This document shows positions 9,918 through 22,891 of a stretch of 64,000 nucleotides of DNA, one piece after another (position 1 is the first letter of the stretch; every line of letters begins with the position of its first letter). Location of the stretch: assembly GCF_032191835.1 (NCBI RefSeq), contig NC_083237.1, positions 8,680,001-8,744,000 on the forward strand. The letters run 5' to 3'. The stretch comes from Heteronotia binoei (Eukaryota). The notes under the pieces are model-generated. The model worked only from the letters and a program-made list of their open reading frames with translations. It ran no database searches and had not been told where the DNA came from. The position numbers and the translations under genes were made by a program.

Positions 9918-11476
9918 ACAATTTTGTCCATATTAATTTATGATCTTGTTTGTGTCAACTGTTCTGATTTTTAACACAATTGCAGTACCATCTGGGGCAT
10001 TGTGAACTGCCAAAAAGAAAAATTCACTACTCTTCTTATGTATGTTCTTTTCTATGCTTGTTTGTTCTGTGTCTCTGATCTGCTACTCCCCATCAGTCCC
10101 TGAGAAATCAGAGGCAGGAAGGAACAGAGAAGGAGTTTGTTTGGCCAGATGAGAGTGTTTGGCAATAAGAGAGAGGGGTAAAGTAGTCCTGCTGCTGGTG
10201 GTGGTGGTCATACGGTGAAAAAAACCAACCACTTATTCTTCATATTAATTGTCAGTTAACTTTCAGTTGAAAGGGATCTTTTATCCTCAGTGTAAAAGAC
10301 GAAAAATCCTATGTGAAAGGAACCAGACACAACTCCAATATTATTTAACTACTTTATTTTGAGCTATGCAACAAAGAAGATTTTAAGTCAGTAAGGTTCA
10401 TTCCTTCATTTTGACTTCTTTTTACAAATTCCTCAACCTGAGAGGATATATTCCCCCCAAAACAGCAAAGATTTTCAAACAACAAAATTCTAAAAGTTAA
10501 ATCCTCTACTGTTCCTCTCAACCCAAGAGGACAGATTCTCCAAATATGGATGGATGGACGGACGGACAGACGGACGGGTGGGTGGATGGGTGGATGAATT
10601 CCACAAGTTAAGTTCTCCACTAGCTTCTAACCAAGAAAATTAGTCCTCAAAATAGAAACTCTCCACTAACTCCTCTCAGTCCAAGAGGACCAATACTCTA
10701 AAAAAAATAAATCCAAATAAATTTCAAAACATAAGTCCACCATTAGTTCCTTATTCAAAACGAACTAGTACCCCCCCCAAAAATAATAATAATTCAGTAA
10801 ACTTATCACATTACTTCAAAGATAACTGTTCTTCCCCCGATGCTACCTAACACATTACCTCAAATATAACTTTTCTTATCCCAGTGCTAACTTTTTTACA
10901 ATCTTCTAAACAGTTTGCAGGAGAAATCTGAAAATAAAATTAGTTAGCTATTCCCATCTTAATGGGAGCAGTCTGGCTGAGATATTTTACAACAGCATTC
11001 TTTAAATTCATTCAGAAGAGGAGGTAAAAGATAATCTGTAAAAGATCAGAGAGAGAGAAAAGACAGCGATCTATCTCCTCCCACATTCTAGAGACCCGCT
11101 CCCTTTTTGATATCTTATCAGCGAGACCACTTCCCATATGGCTTTTTAGATCTGGTGACCCTATCCTCAAAGTCCACATCTTCAAAATCCACAGCAGAGC
11201 TAAGTGGTTATACAACCATTTTTTTTTTTTTACCAACTTGTCATGTGGAGCTTGGCACAAACTCTGCATGGACATTCAACATTATAGGGAAACATGCAAG
11301 TTCCATGTGGAAGATTCAATATAAATCCCTTCACCCATTGCTTTATTTTCCTCCCCCAAAACACCTTAATGAATCCTTAACCATTATCAAACAAACAATG
11401 CCTTCTATCAGCTATGTCTGACAAAGACCTTTCCAAAGGATTCCTTTAGAATCATATGACTATTAAAATGTGAACT

Positions 11477-11953
11477 CTTGTGGAAGCAAGAAAAAATACC
11501 AGAAAAATGGGACTGGATTATGAAAGTTATGTCATGGAGTGAAATGGACAAATTAACAAGAAAATTAAGAGACTGTGATTTAGAACTTTTTAACCAAGAG
11601 TGGAAGAAATTCAGAAGATATGTAGAGAAAGAGTGGAAAATAAAAGGACATTGGACAATTTTTGAGGATTAAGATTTTTAAGATAACAATATAACTCTTG
11701 AAGGGGGTTCTTCTTCCCTATGTTTCTTTTTTGTTTCGTTTTTTTTCTTGATAGTTAAGGGTACCTTTAATATCTGTTTTTTTAAAGAAAATAACACTGG
11801 CGGGGGTCAAGTAATTGGGGGAGGGGTGGGAGAAAGTAAGATGTGGGGTAGAATGATGGTCTTTTTCTTAATATATATTAAGCTTTTTATAAGTTGTAGT
11901 TATAGTTCTACTACCATATGTTACTAATAAAATTGTTTATTCATAAAAAAAAA
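11477..11953 (+). mobile_element. 5'-truncated L1 (ORF2 C-terminus, 3' UTR, poly-A)
   Basis: WKQEKIPEKWDWIMKVMSWSEMDKLT...; poly-A near 11945; TSD AAAATGTGAACT (11465-11476 / 11954-11965) at a TT/AAAA site. Confidence 0.85.
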
Positions 11954-12765
11954 AAAATGTGAACTTGACAAATATATAGGTGTGTGTGTGGTTTTGCTAT
12001 AGACTACATGGAAAGTGGGTATGAATTCACATGGTTCATAAAGGTTCACCAATCCTCATGCCTTCCAGCTTCCCCAAATCCCTACCCGACTTGACTTATT
12101 TTAATCCTGAAATAATCAGGTTAATAATTAAACCTTCAGACACAATGTCAACGAAGGTGAGACTTCCAGTTAGAATGTTCCATTTCCATTAAATTTGTGT
12201 CACTGTATTACTTTAAAATGTCTTTTTAAAAATATTCATCTTTCATCAGAAATCTTCCTCCAATCCTGGCAAAATCTATATCCTGACCTTTTTTTTTTTG
12301 CCTATACTGTTTTCAGCTGCTTTTAAATTTTCAATAATTCTCAGCATTAGTTTTGAGAGTTCCTCCCAAACATCCTGGGGTCTCTTGCCCCAGGTTGTGA
12401 TAAACAGAGCAAACATTGATCAGAAATATTAGGTGAAATACAGAGCACATGCTGAGGCCTGAAAATCTCTCAGATCCATACAATACATAGAGAATACAAA
12501 AATGCTGTACCTAACAGATCATGGAATCATGAAATGGCCAGCCTGGGAAATACACAACATCTTCTTCAAAACTTCCTACTGGGGTTTTACCTTGTGTTAA
12601 TTCATAGTTTAATTAAACTGCTGATTGTGCCAGGGTGAGGGGGATGTGTGAGTTCATGTGGTATGTATATGTATGTGCATATATTTGCAGATCAGTTTGA
12701 ATGAGGTTTAAGCAAAGCACAGAGAAAGTGACAGATCACATCTAACAAGTAACACAAGATTTTGT

Positions 12766-12848
12766 AGCTATCTGATACCCTATCATTGAATACCTTACTA
12801 TAAATGAAGCTATCTGATACCCTATCATTGAATACCTTACTATAAATG
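12766..12848. repeat. Perfect 41-bp tandem duplication (period 42)
   Basis: AGCTATCTGATACCCTATCATTGAATACCTTACTATAAATG occurs twice. Confidence 0.9.
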
Positions 12849-13140
12849 TATCACGTAGAGTATTGTTTTGAAAAATGACATGTTTCTAGTTATTAACTGT
12901 TAGCATTTTCAGTCCAATGTACTTGATAAATTAATGCTAAATAACAGTATAATTTTTGTACTACAGAGAACTCTGACTTAGAAAGATTTATCTAATTCTA
13001 GTTAATGTGAATATTATTTTATTCTATTTGTTTTATTCTCTTAAGCTAAATGTGGATGCTACATCATTATGTTGCACAGTTGTACTGTCACAAATGAAAA
13101 TTATCAATAAAGACTTGAAAGGGGAAAAAAAGTAACACAA

Positions 13141-13700
13141 GCCCTGTTCACACAGCGTGTTGAGTCCGTGTTAAACTGACCCAGTTCTGTTCAGAAAATC
13201 TTTGTTCCGGATATTATCAATCAGACTGTCCTACTGCAATTTGAATCACTCCGCGGTGGAACCGTCTTCTGCCGTCCACACGATGGCACCATGCAGTTCT
13301 TTTTTCTCCATTATTATGCGCACATTATGCACATGTGCGCATTATGTGCATGCACACAGGTTAAAACATTATGTGGTTTTGCGCATATCACTAAGTAGTA
13401 AAAAAAAATGGTGACCGTAAACCGGATGTCTGAGGCTCCTTTTGCTCTTGGACAGCCTTCAGACATCCAGAAGTTGGTTAATATCGCAGCAGAACTATCC
13501 AGATGGAGAAAACTGCAAGATGAAACCGGAAACACCGCAAAGGAGTAGGTAACAAAATAATCCGGTTTCGAGAAGGATGAGGAGGAGGGTGGGCCACCAC
13601 GAATTAATACTGGGAGGCAGATGTTGCTGTCTGATCAGCCACTTTTAATTTGAAAGGAAACAGCAGTGACATCTGATTATACTGTGCGTCTGAACAGGGC
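13141..13700. mobile_element. Non-autonomous DNA transposon (Harbinger-like MITE)
   Basis: TIRs GCCCTGTTCACAC / GTCTGAACAGGGC; TSD not clear. Confidence 0.6.
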
Positions 13701-14000
13701 ACAGGGTTCTTTGAGGAAGCTTGAAATTGGCAATAAGGTCATTACTACAGATAGATTAATCTACAAAAAAGGAAATTCATAATTTACAGAACAGAAGTAA
13801 TTGCGGTGAGGAAATAATTTGTTCTCAGTGACATTTTAAGGAACTTGCTGTATTGGGATGTATATTGTTGGATATTAATGCAGATGCAGCAAACAGCTAT
13901 AATCAGGTTTTCTTTTGATTGTGGTTGGGTAATAATCTGCAGAATAGTCAAGAATTCAGAAATGAATGCAACACTGGTTTCCTTTTTTCTTTTCCACAAG

Positions 14001-14225
14001 CTCCATTCATTTCTTCAAGCCATTTCATTCAACAACTCTGCTGGAGAAACAGTGTCTTTTAATGTTAACAAGGAAATAGAAGGTGGATTTGATATTATCA
14101 ACATGGTCACATTCCCAAATAGGTCCTTCCTGAGAGTCAAAGTTGGAAGAGTCGATTCCTCTGCTCCCAAAGGGAAACAATTCATTCTTCTTGAGGATAT
14201 GATAGTGTGGCAAAGGACTTTTCAG
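14001..14225 (+). CDS. Vmn2r: V2R gene 1 exon 4
   Basis: 225 nt, LHSFLQAISFNNSAGETV...WQRTFQ; GTAAGG donor. Confidence 0.93.
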
Positions 14226-14747
14226 GTAAGGATTCCAGGATCTTCTCAGGAGCCGTTCCAGTATCCAAAGAGGTGATTTGGTGGTCAGAACTTTTATTTG
14301 GCTTGCAAGTTACCTCCATCATGGATGACCTGGTAGCTCTATAATAAAGGCCAGGCTACAAACAGTGCTTTGAAAAACTAAAGCAATACCAAATATTTCC
14401 ATTCCTCATAATATTTTTAAACTCCTTGAAATACTTTCCAAAATGTTCTTAAAATGGTTTAGGAGGGAGAAGAATAAAGGTACTTCATTGGTCTCAATTG
14501 GTTACCCACTGGTCATCTCTTTTTGATGTAGGGTTATTGTTATGTCCGGGATGACATTTCCTAGGGACTTTGTGAATGTCAACCCAGAAGAAAATAGAAT
14601 CATAAGAGAGCATGTGGCTAAGGAAACTGGAGATTGCCCAGAGGGTCAGGAAAGGATGCAGTCCTGTGCTGGCACTGGACAGGGTTGGCATGGCCAAAAC
14701 TACCTGAGACCATGACCTGAACAAAGTACCAGAGACCATGACCTCAC

Positions 14748-14941
14748 CAATGTTCCCATTAAGCTGCAAAGTCTTGTGAGCAAAAATTCTACTTTGTGAG
14801 CTACTGGTATTAAAGTTGTGAGCTACTGCATAAATTGTTGTGCTTTGGGGTCATCCTTCCTGAGCTAAGACAAAAATGTGTGAGCTGGAGGCTAAAAATC
14901 TGTGAGCTAGCTCACACTAACTCAGTTTAGAGGGAACACTG
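14748..14941. mobile_element. hAT MITE (~190 bp)
   Basis: TIRs CAATGTTCCC / GGGAACACTG; TSD GACCTCAC/GACCTGAC; same family as 47415-47603. Confidence 0.85.
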
Positions 14942-15004
14942 GACCTGACATAACTCCAGAGTCCCACTTGGAGGATGTAGGCGACTTCCCCATAGGCCAA
15001 GGAA

Positions 15005-15693
15005 TAGGGTTGCCAGGTGAGGACAAAAAGGCCAGTGGGGGACTTACCTGGAGGTTCTGCGACAGGGGAGGGAAGAAGCACAATTGAACTTCAAAGCAAG
15101 TTCTGGGTGAGCTGGCCATCCATAATGGAGGATAGGGCACCTTCTTCTGGGGCTCATAGGATAGGATCCCCTTTTTGAAATGTATTTTTTTTTTACAGCT
15201 ATACTGAAAATTTGGTGCCTCTACCTAAAAAACAACAACAAAAACAGATACCAACAGATCCATTATACCCTATGGGAACTGGTCTCCCTAGGGTATATTA
15301 GAGTATCTACCAGCCATTCCTCCAGCTTTCTAATAGCCCTGAAGCATGATGATGAAGAAGAAGAAGATAGAAGATATTGGATTTATATCCCGCCCTCCAC
15401 TCTGAAGAGTCTCAGAGCGGCTCACAATCTCCTTTCCCTTCCTCCCCCACAACAGACACCCTGTGGGTGGGTGGGGCTGGAGAGGGCTCTCACAGCAGCT
15501 GCCCTTTCAAGGACAACCTCTGCCAGAGCTATGGCTGACCCAAGGCCATGGTGGCAGGTGCAAGTGGAGGAGTGGGGAATCAAACCCGGTACTCCCTGAT
15601 AAGAATCCGCACACTTAACCACTACACCAAACTGGCATGGGGAGGGGTTTCAAGCCAGGGGATCCCCACCCCAACTGGGGATTGGCAAATCTA
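15005..15693. mobile_element. hAT-like element (TAGGGTTGCCA ends) with nested SINE
   Basis: TAGGGTTGCCAGG ... TGGCAAATCTA termini; no clean TSD. Confidence 0.5.
15347..15636 (-). mobile_element. Squam3-like SINE
   Basis: Reverse-complement match to the other copies; (GAA)n tail on + strand. Confidence 0.85.
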
Positions 15694-16284
15694 TGAAGAA
15701 AGCATGGGTGACCATGAGGCATTCCAAGAACTGGCTAACATAAAATGCCCTCTGGCAGGAGAGCAGGGCAAAGGGCAGGCATAGGGTGAATGTCAAGTGT
15801 CCAAATGAGGACAGTGCTAGGAGGAGTCTGCGCACCAAAACAAGATGGCAAGGAGGAACCTGGGAAGGAACTCCTATGCAGTTGATGTAAAGGGTCCCTG
15901 GCCTGAGGCCTTTTGAGCTGTGACACCTTCCCATCCTCCTCCTACAGCAACATGAAACCTAAAACAAATGCAAGGCTGAATTTACAAAAGGGTGTGCTGA
16001 TTTCGCAACAAAGGAAAATCAAAGAGAAATAAAAGAGAAAACCTTCTTTTAAAAGAGAGGGAAAAGAGAAGAAGAGGAACCAAAATCTATATCTTAAAAA
16101 GTAGATAGGTAGATAATAAATGATCAATATATGATAGCTATACCACAATACTGCCATACCACAAGAAAGAGGTCAGGGGAAATCCTTTTCCACTTAAAGT
16201 ACTCACAGGTTCGAATGTGCTCTGTAAACAACAACAACAAAAAAAGATCTAATATTTCTTAAATCCTTTCACGTTTCTGGATAG

Positions 16285-16411
16285 GGGCCTCCCCTTTCTG
16301 AGTGCAATCTTCACTGTCTTCCTGGTTCTCAGAAGAAAAAGAAGGAAGGGGAGAAATTTTGCTGCTATGATTGCATCTCTTGCTCACCAGGGAAGATTTC
16401 AAGCCATAAGG
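16285..16411 (+). CDS. Vmn2r: V2R gene 1 exon 5 (cysteine-rich domain)
   Basis: 127 nt, GPPLSECNLHCLPGSQKKKKEGEKFCCYDCISCSPGKISSHK, translated by hand (not in ORF track); same length as exon 5 of genes 2 and 3. Confidence 0.92.
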
Positions 16412-16879
16412 GTAGGTTATCCTTTATTTCCAAATGGAAGGAAGGCATTTAAAAGGTGCACAGTCCCTTCAAATGTGATTGCCAGAACTCCTTTCGAAGT
16501 TCACTCATGCTTGTCACAACCTTGGTCCTGGCTCCAACCCCAAGTCCCCAGATATTTCTGGAGTCAGACCTGGCAATCCTACTTCAATCTCTTTCTGTCT
16601 CTTGTTTTCCCTCACTATCTCTCTCTCTGTATCTGGTCTGCTGCTATGGGATATCATTCCCCCACCACCACCTGTTTCCATTCCAGAGGAGGATAGTGAG
16701 GAGCCCTCAGCCAATCAAGGGAAGGCTTTCTCTGGCTCTTTCTCTCCTCCTCCCTCCCTCAGCCAGTTGAGGGAAGGCTTTGTTTCTCTCCTCTGTGAAA
16801 CAGTGCGGCATGCGGCTTGGCCACTGAGAGAGTAGGCAGAGCCAGAAACTGCAAGAATCAAGGTTGGTTGCCATTTACT

Positions 16880-17400
16880 GATGAAATCAGCTTGTCTTCC
16901 AGGCAACAGCTACTTGGGTGGGAGAGAGGAGTGGACTCAGCCAATGGCATGCAAGTACTCTTGATTGGGCGATACAAAAAGGTGACGTTCCAAGAACGAT
17001 TATGTCCCTGCTGCTGCAATGATGGTATCAAATCTCTAGTCCATGTCATATTTGACTGTGAGGCTTATAATGATCATCGAGAAGTACTTCCATTTCCCAC
17101 GGGATACCTTTTACCAGTAGCCAAAAATTGCAACTCCTTAAGAATCTTCTTAGTGATAGGAACCCTGAGGTTACGTACAAATTAGCAAAATTTGGCTGGC
17201 TTGCCACAAGAATAAGGAAAACTCTAATGATTCAGTCAGGAAATGGCTAAATGGCTGTAACTGCCATGTTTTGTTATATTTGTAGTTTTTAACAGTATTT
17301 TATGCCTTTAATGTATGATTTTATGGACAATCAGATTTAATTTTGAATGATTTTACTGCTTTAAATGCTGTCTTAGGCTGTGAATAAATAGTTTACTTAT
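16880..17400 (+). mobile_element. Degenerate LINE 3' end (ORF2 zinc-knuckle region)
   Basis: GRYKKVTFQERLCPCC...LVHVIFDC followed by AT-rich 3' UTR; clade not assigned. Confidence 0.55.
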
Positions 17401-17606
17401 TAAGGGAAGAAACAAAGAGGTCTAGACAGGGTTTTTAGTTCATCCTTGGTTTTAACACTAATTTTACATCTTCAGTGTCAGTGTCTTAAAGTCTGCATTC
17501 ATATTTTATGTATATTTTAGGTGGTATATTTTAGTGTATAATAATTATTGTATATTTATATTACCTTTTATTGGTTATGAATTGGACTTTTATGAATTGT
17601 TTGCTG

Positions 17607-17697
17607 GTCTATTACTCTCCACTCTTGATTGATGTCTTAATTACTCTCCACTCTTGATTGATGTCTATTGCGCTCCACTCTTGATTGATGTCTTAAT
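17607..17697. repeat. Three-copy ~28-bp tandem repeat
   Basis: CTCCACTCTTGATTGATGTCT occurs three times. Confidence 0.85.
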
Positions 17698-17873
17698 GGG
17701 CCAGAATTTGATGCAGCACAGTTCCAACCAACAGGAGAGCTCTGTTTTACCACCACAAAAGGGCTTTTATTATATAAAGGATTAACATCAATAACTCTTA
17801 TACGATACCTTGAGACACCAAAGACATATATGACTCAATCATGAAGAAATGCCAATTTCTTTTCTTTTTTCAG

Positions 17874-18784
17874 ATATGGTTGATTGTGTAAAATGCCCAA
17901 AAGACCATTATCCAAGCAAAGACCAAGTTGAATGCATCCACAAAGATATAACCTTCTTGACATTTGAAGAACCTTTAGGGATCAGCTTAGCTTTATTAGC
18001 TGTGTCTTTTTCTCTTATCACACTTTTAATATTAGCAACTTTCATTAAGCACAGAGATACACCCATTGTCAAAGCCAACAACAGAGATATCACCTATGTT
18101 CTCCTGTTCTCCCTCCTGCTCTGCTTTCTCTGTTCCTTGCTATTTCTTGGAGAACCAAGCAAGGTGACCTGCTTCATCCAACAAACCGCCTTTGGCATCA
18201 TCTTCTCAGTGGCTGTTTCTTGTGTCTTGGCCAAAACCGTCACTGTGATTACTGCTTTCATGGCCACCAAACCAGGGCCAAGCATGAGGAAATGGATGGG
18301 GAAAAAACTGACTAATTCTGTTGTACTTTCTTGCTCCCTTATTCAAGCAACAATTTGCATGGTGTGGCTAGGAACTTCCCCCCCATTTCCTGATTTTGAC
18401 ATGGAGTCTCTGACTGAAGAGATCATAGCAGAATGTAATGAAGGGTCTGTTGTTATGTTTTACATTGTTCTGGTCTACCTAGGACTTCTGTCTATTATAA
18501 GCTTGACAGTGGCTTTCATAGCCAGGAAACTACCAGACAGTTTCAATGAATCCAAATTCATCACCTTCAGCATGCTGATCTTTTGTAGTGTTTGGATGTC
18601 CTTTGTTCCAACCTATCTGAGCACAAAAGGGAAATACATGGTAGCTGTGGAGATCTTCTCTATCTTGGCATCCAGTGCTGGGCTACTGGCTTGTATCTTT
18701 TTCCCCAAAGGTTATATTATTGTGTTCAGGCCTGAGCAAAATAACAAAGAATGCCTAATTAGAAGGAAAAAATCAACCATGTAA
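17874..18784 (+). CDS. Vmn2r: V2R gene 1 exon 6 (7TM)
   Basis: [14 protein letters not shown]...[18 protein letters not shown]...stop; class C GPCR 7TM motifs. Confidence 0.96.
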
Positions 18785-18804
18785 GATTCTGGTGTGTGTG
18801 TGTG

Positions 18805-18920
18805 AAGTGCTATCAAGTCACATATAGCTTATGGTGACCCCATAAGATTTTCAAGGCAAGTGAGAAGCAGAAGAGGTTTGTCATTGCCTTCCTATACAAA
18901 GTCTTCCTTGGTGGTCTCCG
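18805..18920 (-). mobile_element. 5S-SINE 3' fragment immediately after the gene 1 stop
   Basis: TTTTCAAGGCAAG...TTTGTCATTGCCTTCC...CTTGGTGGTCTCC on + strand. Confidence 0.6.
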
Positions 18921-20014
18921 AGATCTGATGACATCAGGTTATGCTTTTTAGCTCCTTTCCTTTTGTACCCTTAGAAGCTCATTGATTCACAAATCTTGAG
19001 TAGCAGAAGATACTTATTTCTTATTTTTTTAATATGAAAGAACAAAAATTGAGACAAATTGCATGATTGCATGATTGCTGAGACAAATTGCATGATTGCT
19101 TTATCACTGAGCAAAAGAGGCAGGGTTTCTGGAGTGGGGGGGGAGTCAGTGATTAGGCTTAATATAGTAATCCCTCATAATCCCTAAAAATCTGCATTGT
19201 AGCAGAGCAGGAAAGGACATATTCATCCTAAAATCACAAGGGGACCTTAACCCCTGAAAGCTGATGAGATCTGGCTATACTATACCATTTCACATCCCGT
19301 GTAATTATTTATGTCTTACTGGAAGAATCTTCGTCATTACATGGGCCTTTTCCTTTGGCAACCATAGGTTGATCAAATAGTTTACTTCCATGCACTAGGC
19401 AACCTCAATTAATATGTCACCAATCAGGTAAATGAGTGACGGTGAATAAAACCTTTGTGTGATTATGACTCATCATTTTCCTATTTGTGTCAGTAGCAAA
19501 GAGTAAGAGTTTAGTATCACTTTAAAGAACATGTCTCAATACCCTGTTCATATTTCTATAGCATCATATTTCAACAGCATTTATGGTTATCTCTTTGCAG
19601 AGCTGATTCTTTGCTCATTGCGTGACCCTTTTCCTTGGGAAAGTGTAATGTTCTCAGAGATGTTGGGACCCCTTTTGTGAACTTCAATGCCCATTACATC
19701 AGAATTCATCACAGTGACAAGATAAATTAGACTAAGGGGTGATCTAGGAGGTCTCAGTTTAGGAGCTCAAAGTTATTCATACGGGCTGCCCCAAGTGTTA
19801 AACCCAAAATGCTCTTCAAGAGTTGCTAGATGTCATGTGGCATAGAGTACTTTCTAAGGAAACTTCAGACCTTATGGGTGAGTTAGCTTTCCAACTGTCT
19901 CCTCCTTTGAACATATCAGTCCTTCACAATAAGGAAAGCATAACCCCAGTCAAGTCTTTTCACAAAATCTCCATGATCTTGTGGAAGGAGGAGGATGGAG
20001 AAGCAGAAACAGCA

Positions 20015-20252
20015 GAAGCAGAAAAAAGAAGACTTGCTTTTTATACATTGCTTTTCTCTACTCCATGGACTCCTGAAGCATGTTACAATCACCATCTCTT
20101 CCTCCCCCCACAACTGTCACCTTGTGAGGTAGGTAGGGCTGAGAGAGTTCTGAGGGAACTGTGACTGGCCCAGCTGGCTTCATGTGGAAGAATGTAGAAT
20201 CAAACCTGGTTCTACAAATTTGAGTCCACCGATATGAACCACTGCTCCACAG
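20015..20252 (-). mobile_element. Older Squam3-like SINE; same insertion in the paralogous block at 46763-47002
   Basis: SINE motifs; both copies have the same downstream flank (CTGACCTG.AAGTTTTATAT). Confidence 0.7.
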
Positions 20253-20464
20253 CTTGTTCTCTGACCTGAAAGTTTTATATATACAAGCAAATTTTTCATC
20301 AGAAACCTAGAATATCAAAATTAACATAACTGAAACTCCCTGGCACACAATTCCCATATAGAACCCCCCCCCCCAGCTCTGCATGAGGAGTTTCCCCTGG
20401 CTTAGTGGAAGGAAGAGAAGACAAATCGAAATGGCTTTATGCAAACTGATCCACAAATGAAAGA

Positions 20465-20645
20465 GAAGAAGAAGAGATTGTATTTATACCCCACCCTTCA
20501 CTCAGAGTGTCTTACAATCTCCTTTGTCTTCCACACCCTACAACTGACATCCTGTGAGGTAGCTTGTGAGGCAACTGAGGCTGAGAATCAAACCAGGTTC
20601 TCCCAGGTAAGAGTCTATGGTACTTAACCACTAAACCAAACTGGG
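20465..20645 (-). mobile_element. Internally deleted Squam3-like SINE
   Basis: Head ...TTAACCACTAAACCAAACTGG and (GAA)n tail; absent from the paralogous 47.2-kb block. Confidence 0.7.
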
Positions 20646-22461
20646 TCTTGCTTCAAAAGCTCTCCTTTCCCCTTTGTGACGTCAATGCAGGATGAATCAT
20701 TGGTACCAAACATACGCTTAGGCATTCTTAATCCTTCACCTATATTCTTAAGTCACTGTGCTAACTCTATGTACTGTGAGCCGCCCTGAGCCTGCTTCGG
20801 TGGGAAGGGCAGAATATAAATCTAATAAAATAAAATAAGTTATAGACTGTAGCTGTTGCTGTCTTGAACTCTGCAAGCAGGTCTAATCTGGTTTCCACAG
20901 GAGTAGTGCCCTCAGGCCTGGATAGTGAGACTTGGGAGCATTGATAGGAACTGGCAGCAAGTAACTGGAACACAGGGTTATACTTACTGAACTGGTTGAT
21001 ATATAAAGGCAGCCTTTGCAGACCTCAGCCTAAATAGGATGGCAGCTAATCAGGCTTGACTGAATTGCTGGAAAACATGTAGCTCCTGCAGCTGAATTGT
21101 GCTTTGGCCAGGATCCTGCTAAGAAGAATTGCTTTCACTGCATGGCTCTGCGATGGGGGTGCCTGCAGGCAGTCTGTTGTTTCACCTCTTTTGAGATACT
21201 TTGTCCCAGATCTTCTGCTGCTGCTATTCTTAAAGAGTAGGGTTGGATCCCAGGGAGATTTGGGCCCAGGTTAGAGACCTAAGCAGTAGAGGCATGGTGG
21301 CTATCTGAAAGATCAGTGGCAAGGACTCACTTGCAGGTTCTGACAGGATTGCCTCTGGGACAACATCTGCTGTCATGTTAGACCCTCCCTTGTCTGTCTG
21401 GTCCTCCTAAACCATGATCTTGCTTCATTGGGCTCTTCGCTGAGGACTCTGGGACCATCCCTGAATGCTTCAAGGGGATCATAACAGCAGCACTGGATGC
21501 AATGAGGCGCTTTATTCCAGTATCAGAAGTTTCTCCTGTGTAGCTTCTGTCATCAGAGCACTACACTGCAAATCTGATATTTGACTCTCTTGAGGCTTAC
21601 TGGGGAATAGAAGTCTCTCCAGATTTAAAAGACAGTATTTTCTGCTTTGTAGTTACCTTGATCTTGAGGGCCTTGATTAGGCCTATCTCCCTCCACCCCC
21701 CCCCCCCCACACACATCTCAGAAACTAAGCAAGGGCAGCCACAGTTAGTAAGTCACAATCCTATGAATGGTAAATTGGCACATCCAGGAATATCCTGAAC
21801 CAAACTGGAATTGTTTCTCATAAAGTTTGCTTGTGAAATTGCAAGAATTTATTCTTGCTTGGGTGCTACATGGTTCTGTATTGGACCATTCTATTACAGT
21901 GCTGTCTGATTATGAAGACCACCTTGAGTTTCAAAGAGCATAGTGGATGATATATAAATTAATTATATAATAAGTAACTATAAATCTTATGTCCTTTCTC
22001 TAACTTCCTGGCTGCTTCTTAAGGCCTCCTTGGTGGCTTTTGTTTTTGAAATATGGCAAGCACCTAAGGAAAAGAGAATGTTCGCGGCCAAATTTTGGCA
22101 AGGGAAGGTTTCTCTCAAAACCCAGATGCTACCAAGATAATTATCTCTGTCTCCAGAATTATCCAAATCACCGTCATTTCTTCTAAGGGACAGAGAGCTC
22201 CAGCAGCTCTTCAGGGGACAGAAAAAAGATACTTGGTAATAAAAAAAAAAAAAGAGTGAAAGTGGTTATAAAACTCTTGTGGCAATGACCAGTATGGCAA
22301 GGGGGTGGGGTTGGATAATGCAGAGCCCTGTAGGTCTGACCACTAATATTTCACTTTGCTCAGTCAAGTCTAGCTGTTGTAGTACGTGCAATCTCAGCCG
22401 CTGTTGGAAATATGCCATTATACCTCTGCTGATGCTTTTTGAAAAGCTTATGCATCTCCAT

Positions 22462-22468
22462 TATAAAA
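22462..22468 (+). promoter_or_regulatory. Candidate TATA box, V2R gene 2
   Basis: TATAAAA 67 nt upstream of the ATG. Confidence 0.5.
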
Positions 22469-22528
22469 GTAGATTAGCTGAGCCAATTTCCATGCAAGGC
22501 AGACTATTATAGATTCAATTTGCACCTA

Positions 22529-22746
22529 ATGCTGTCGAGGTTGGTGCTCTTCCTGCTCTTTCTAGCTCCCCTCATCTCTGAAGTAGATACAGTAACATGC
22601 ACCCTGAATGATCTCCTCTCTATTCCACATCAATGGTACCAGCCAGGGGACCTTCTCATTGGTGGGATGGTTTCTCACATTGTTTATCATTTCCATGAAA
22701 TTTTCTTCAAGGAACATCCCTATCAGGACTTGTCTCAGAATCCAAC
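22529..22746 (+). CDS. Vmn2r: V2R gene 2 exon 1
   Basis: MLSRLVLFLLFL...IPHQWYQPGDLLIGGMVSH; GTAAGG donor at 22747. Confidence 0.9.
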
Positions 22747-22891
22747 GTAAGGAATTATATTCCTGTGACTTCAAGTGAACTTGGTCAGATCTATAAATTA
22801 TGTCATCTGTTTGCTGTTACGTATTCTCCTGCTCTCATTGCATTATTTTCTCCTGATACAATATCATTCTTTCTGCATTGTTTATCATATC

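Larger units (their letters stand above)
3153..18784 (+). other. Vmn2r: V2R gene 1 (type A), 6 coding exons, predicted intact 872-aa receptor
   Basis: join(3153..3367,5667..5958,7187..8035,14001..14225,16285..16411,17874..18784) = 2619 nt, divisible by 3. All introns GT-AG with consistent phases. Signal peptide, Venus flytrap, nine-cysteine and 7TM domains are recognisable. Confidence 0.93.

Noticed and set aside
15180-15784. Recurring short ORFs with the motif TPCEVG.LERALTAAALSRT (also at 6.1, 29.6, 40.7, 43.1 and 46.3 kb) as a protein family
   Set aside because: They are translations of the same SINE.
17607-17697. CRISPR-like repeat array
   Set aside because: Vertebrate DNA; units are contiguous with no unique spacers.
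14226-17873. Gene 1 lacking exon 5 (pseudogene)
   Set aside because: The ORF track does not show it, but an intact 127-nt exon with AG/GT boundaries and all cysteines is at 16285-16411.
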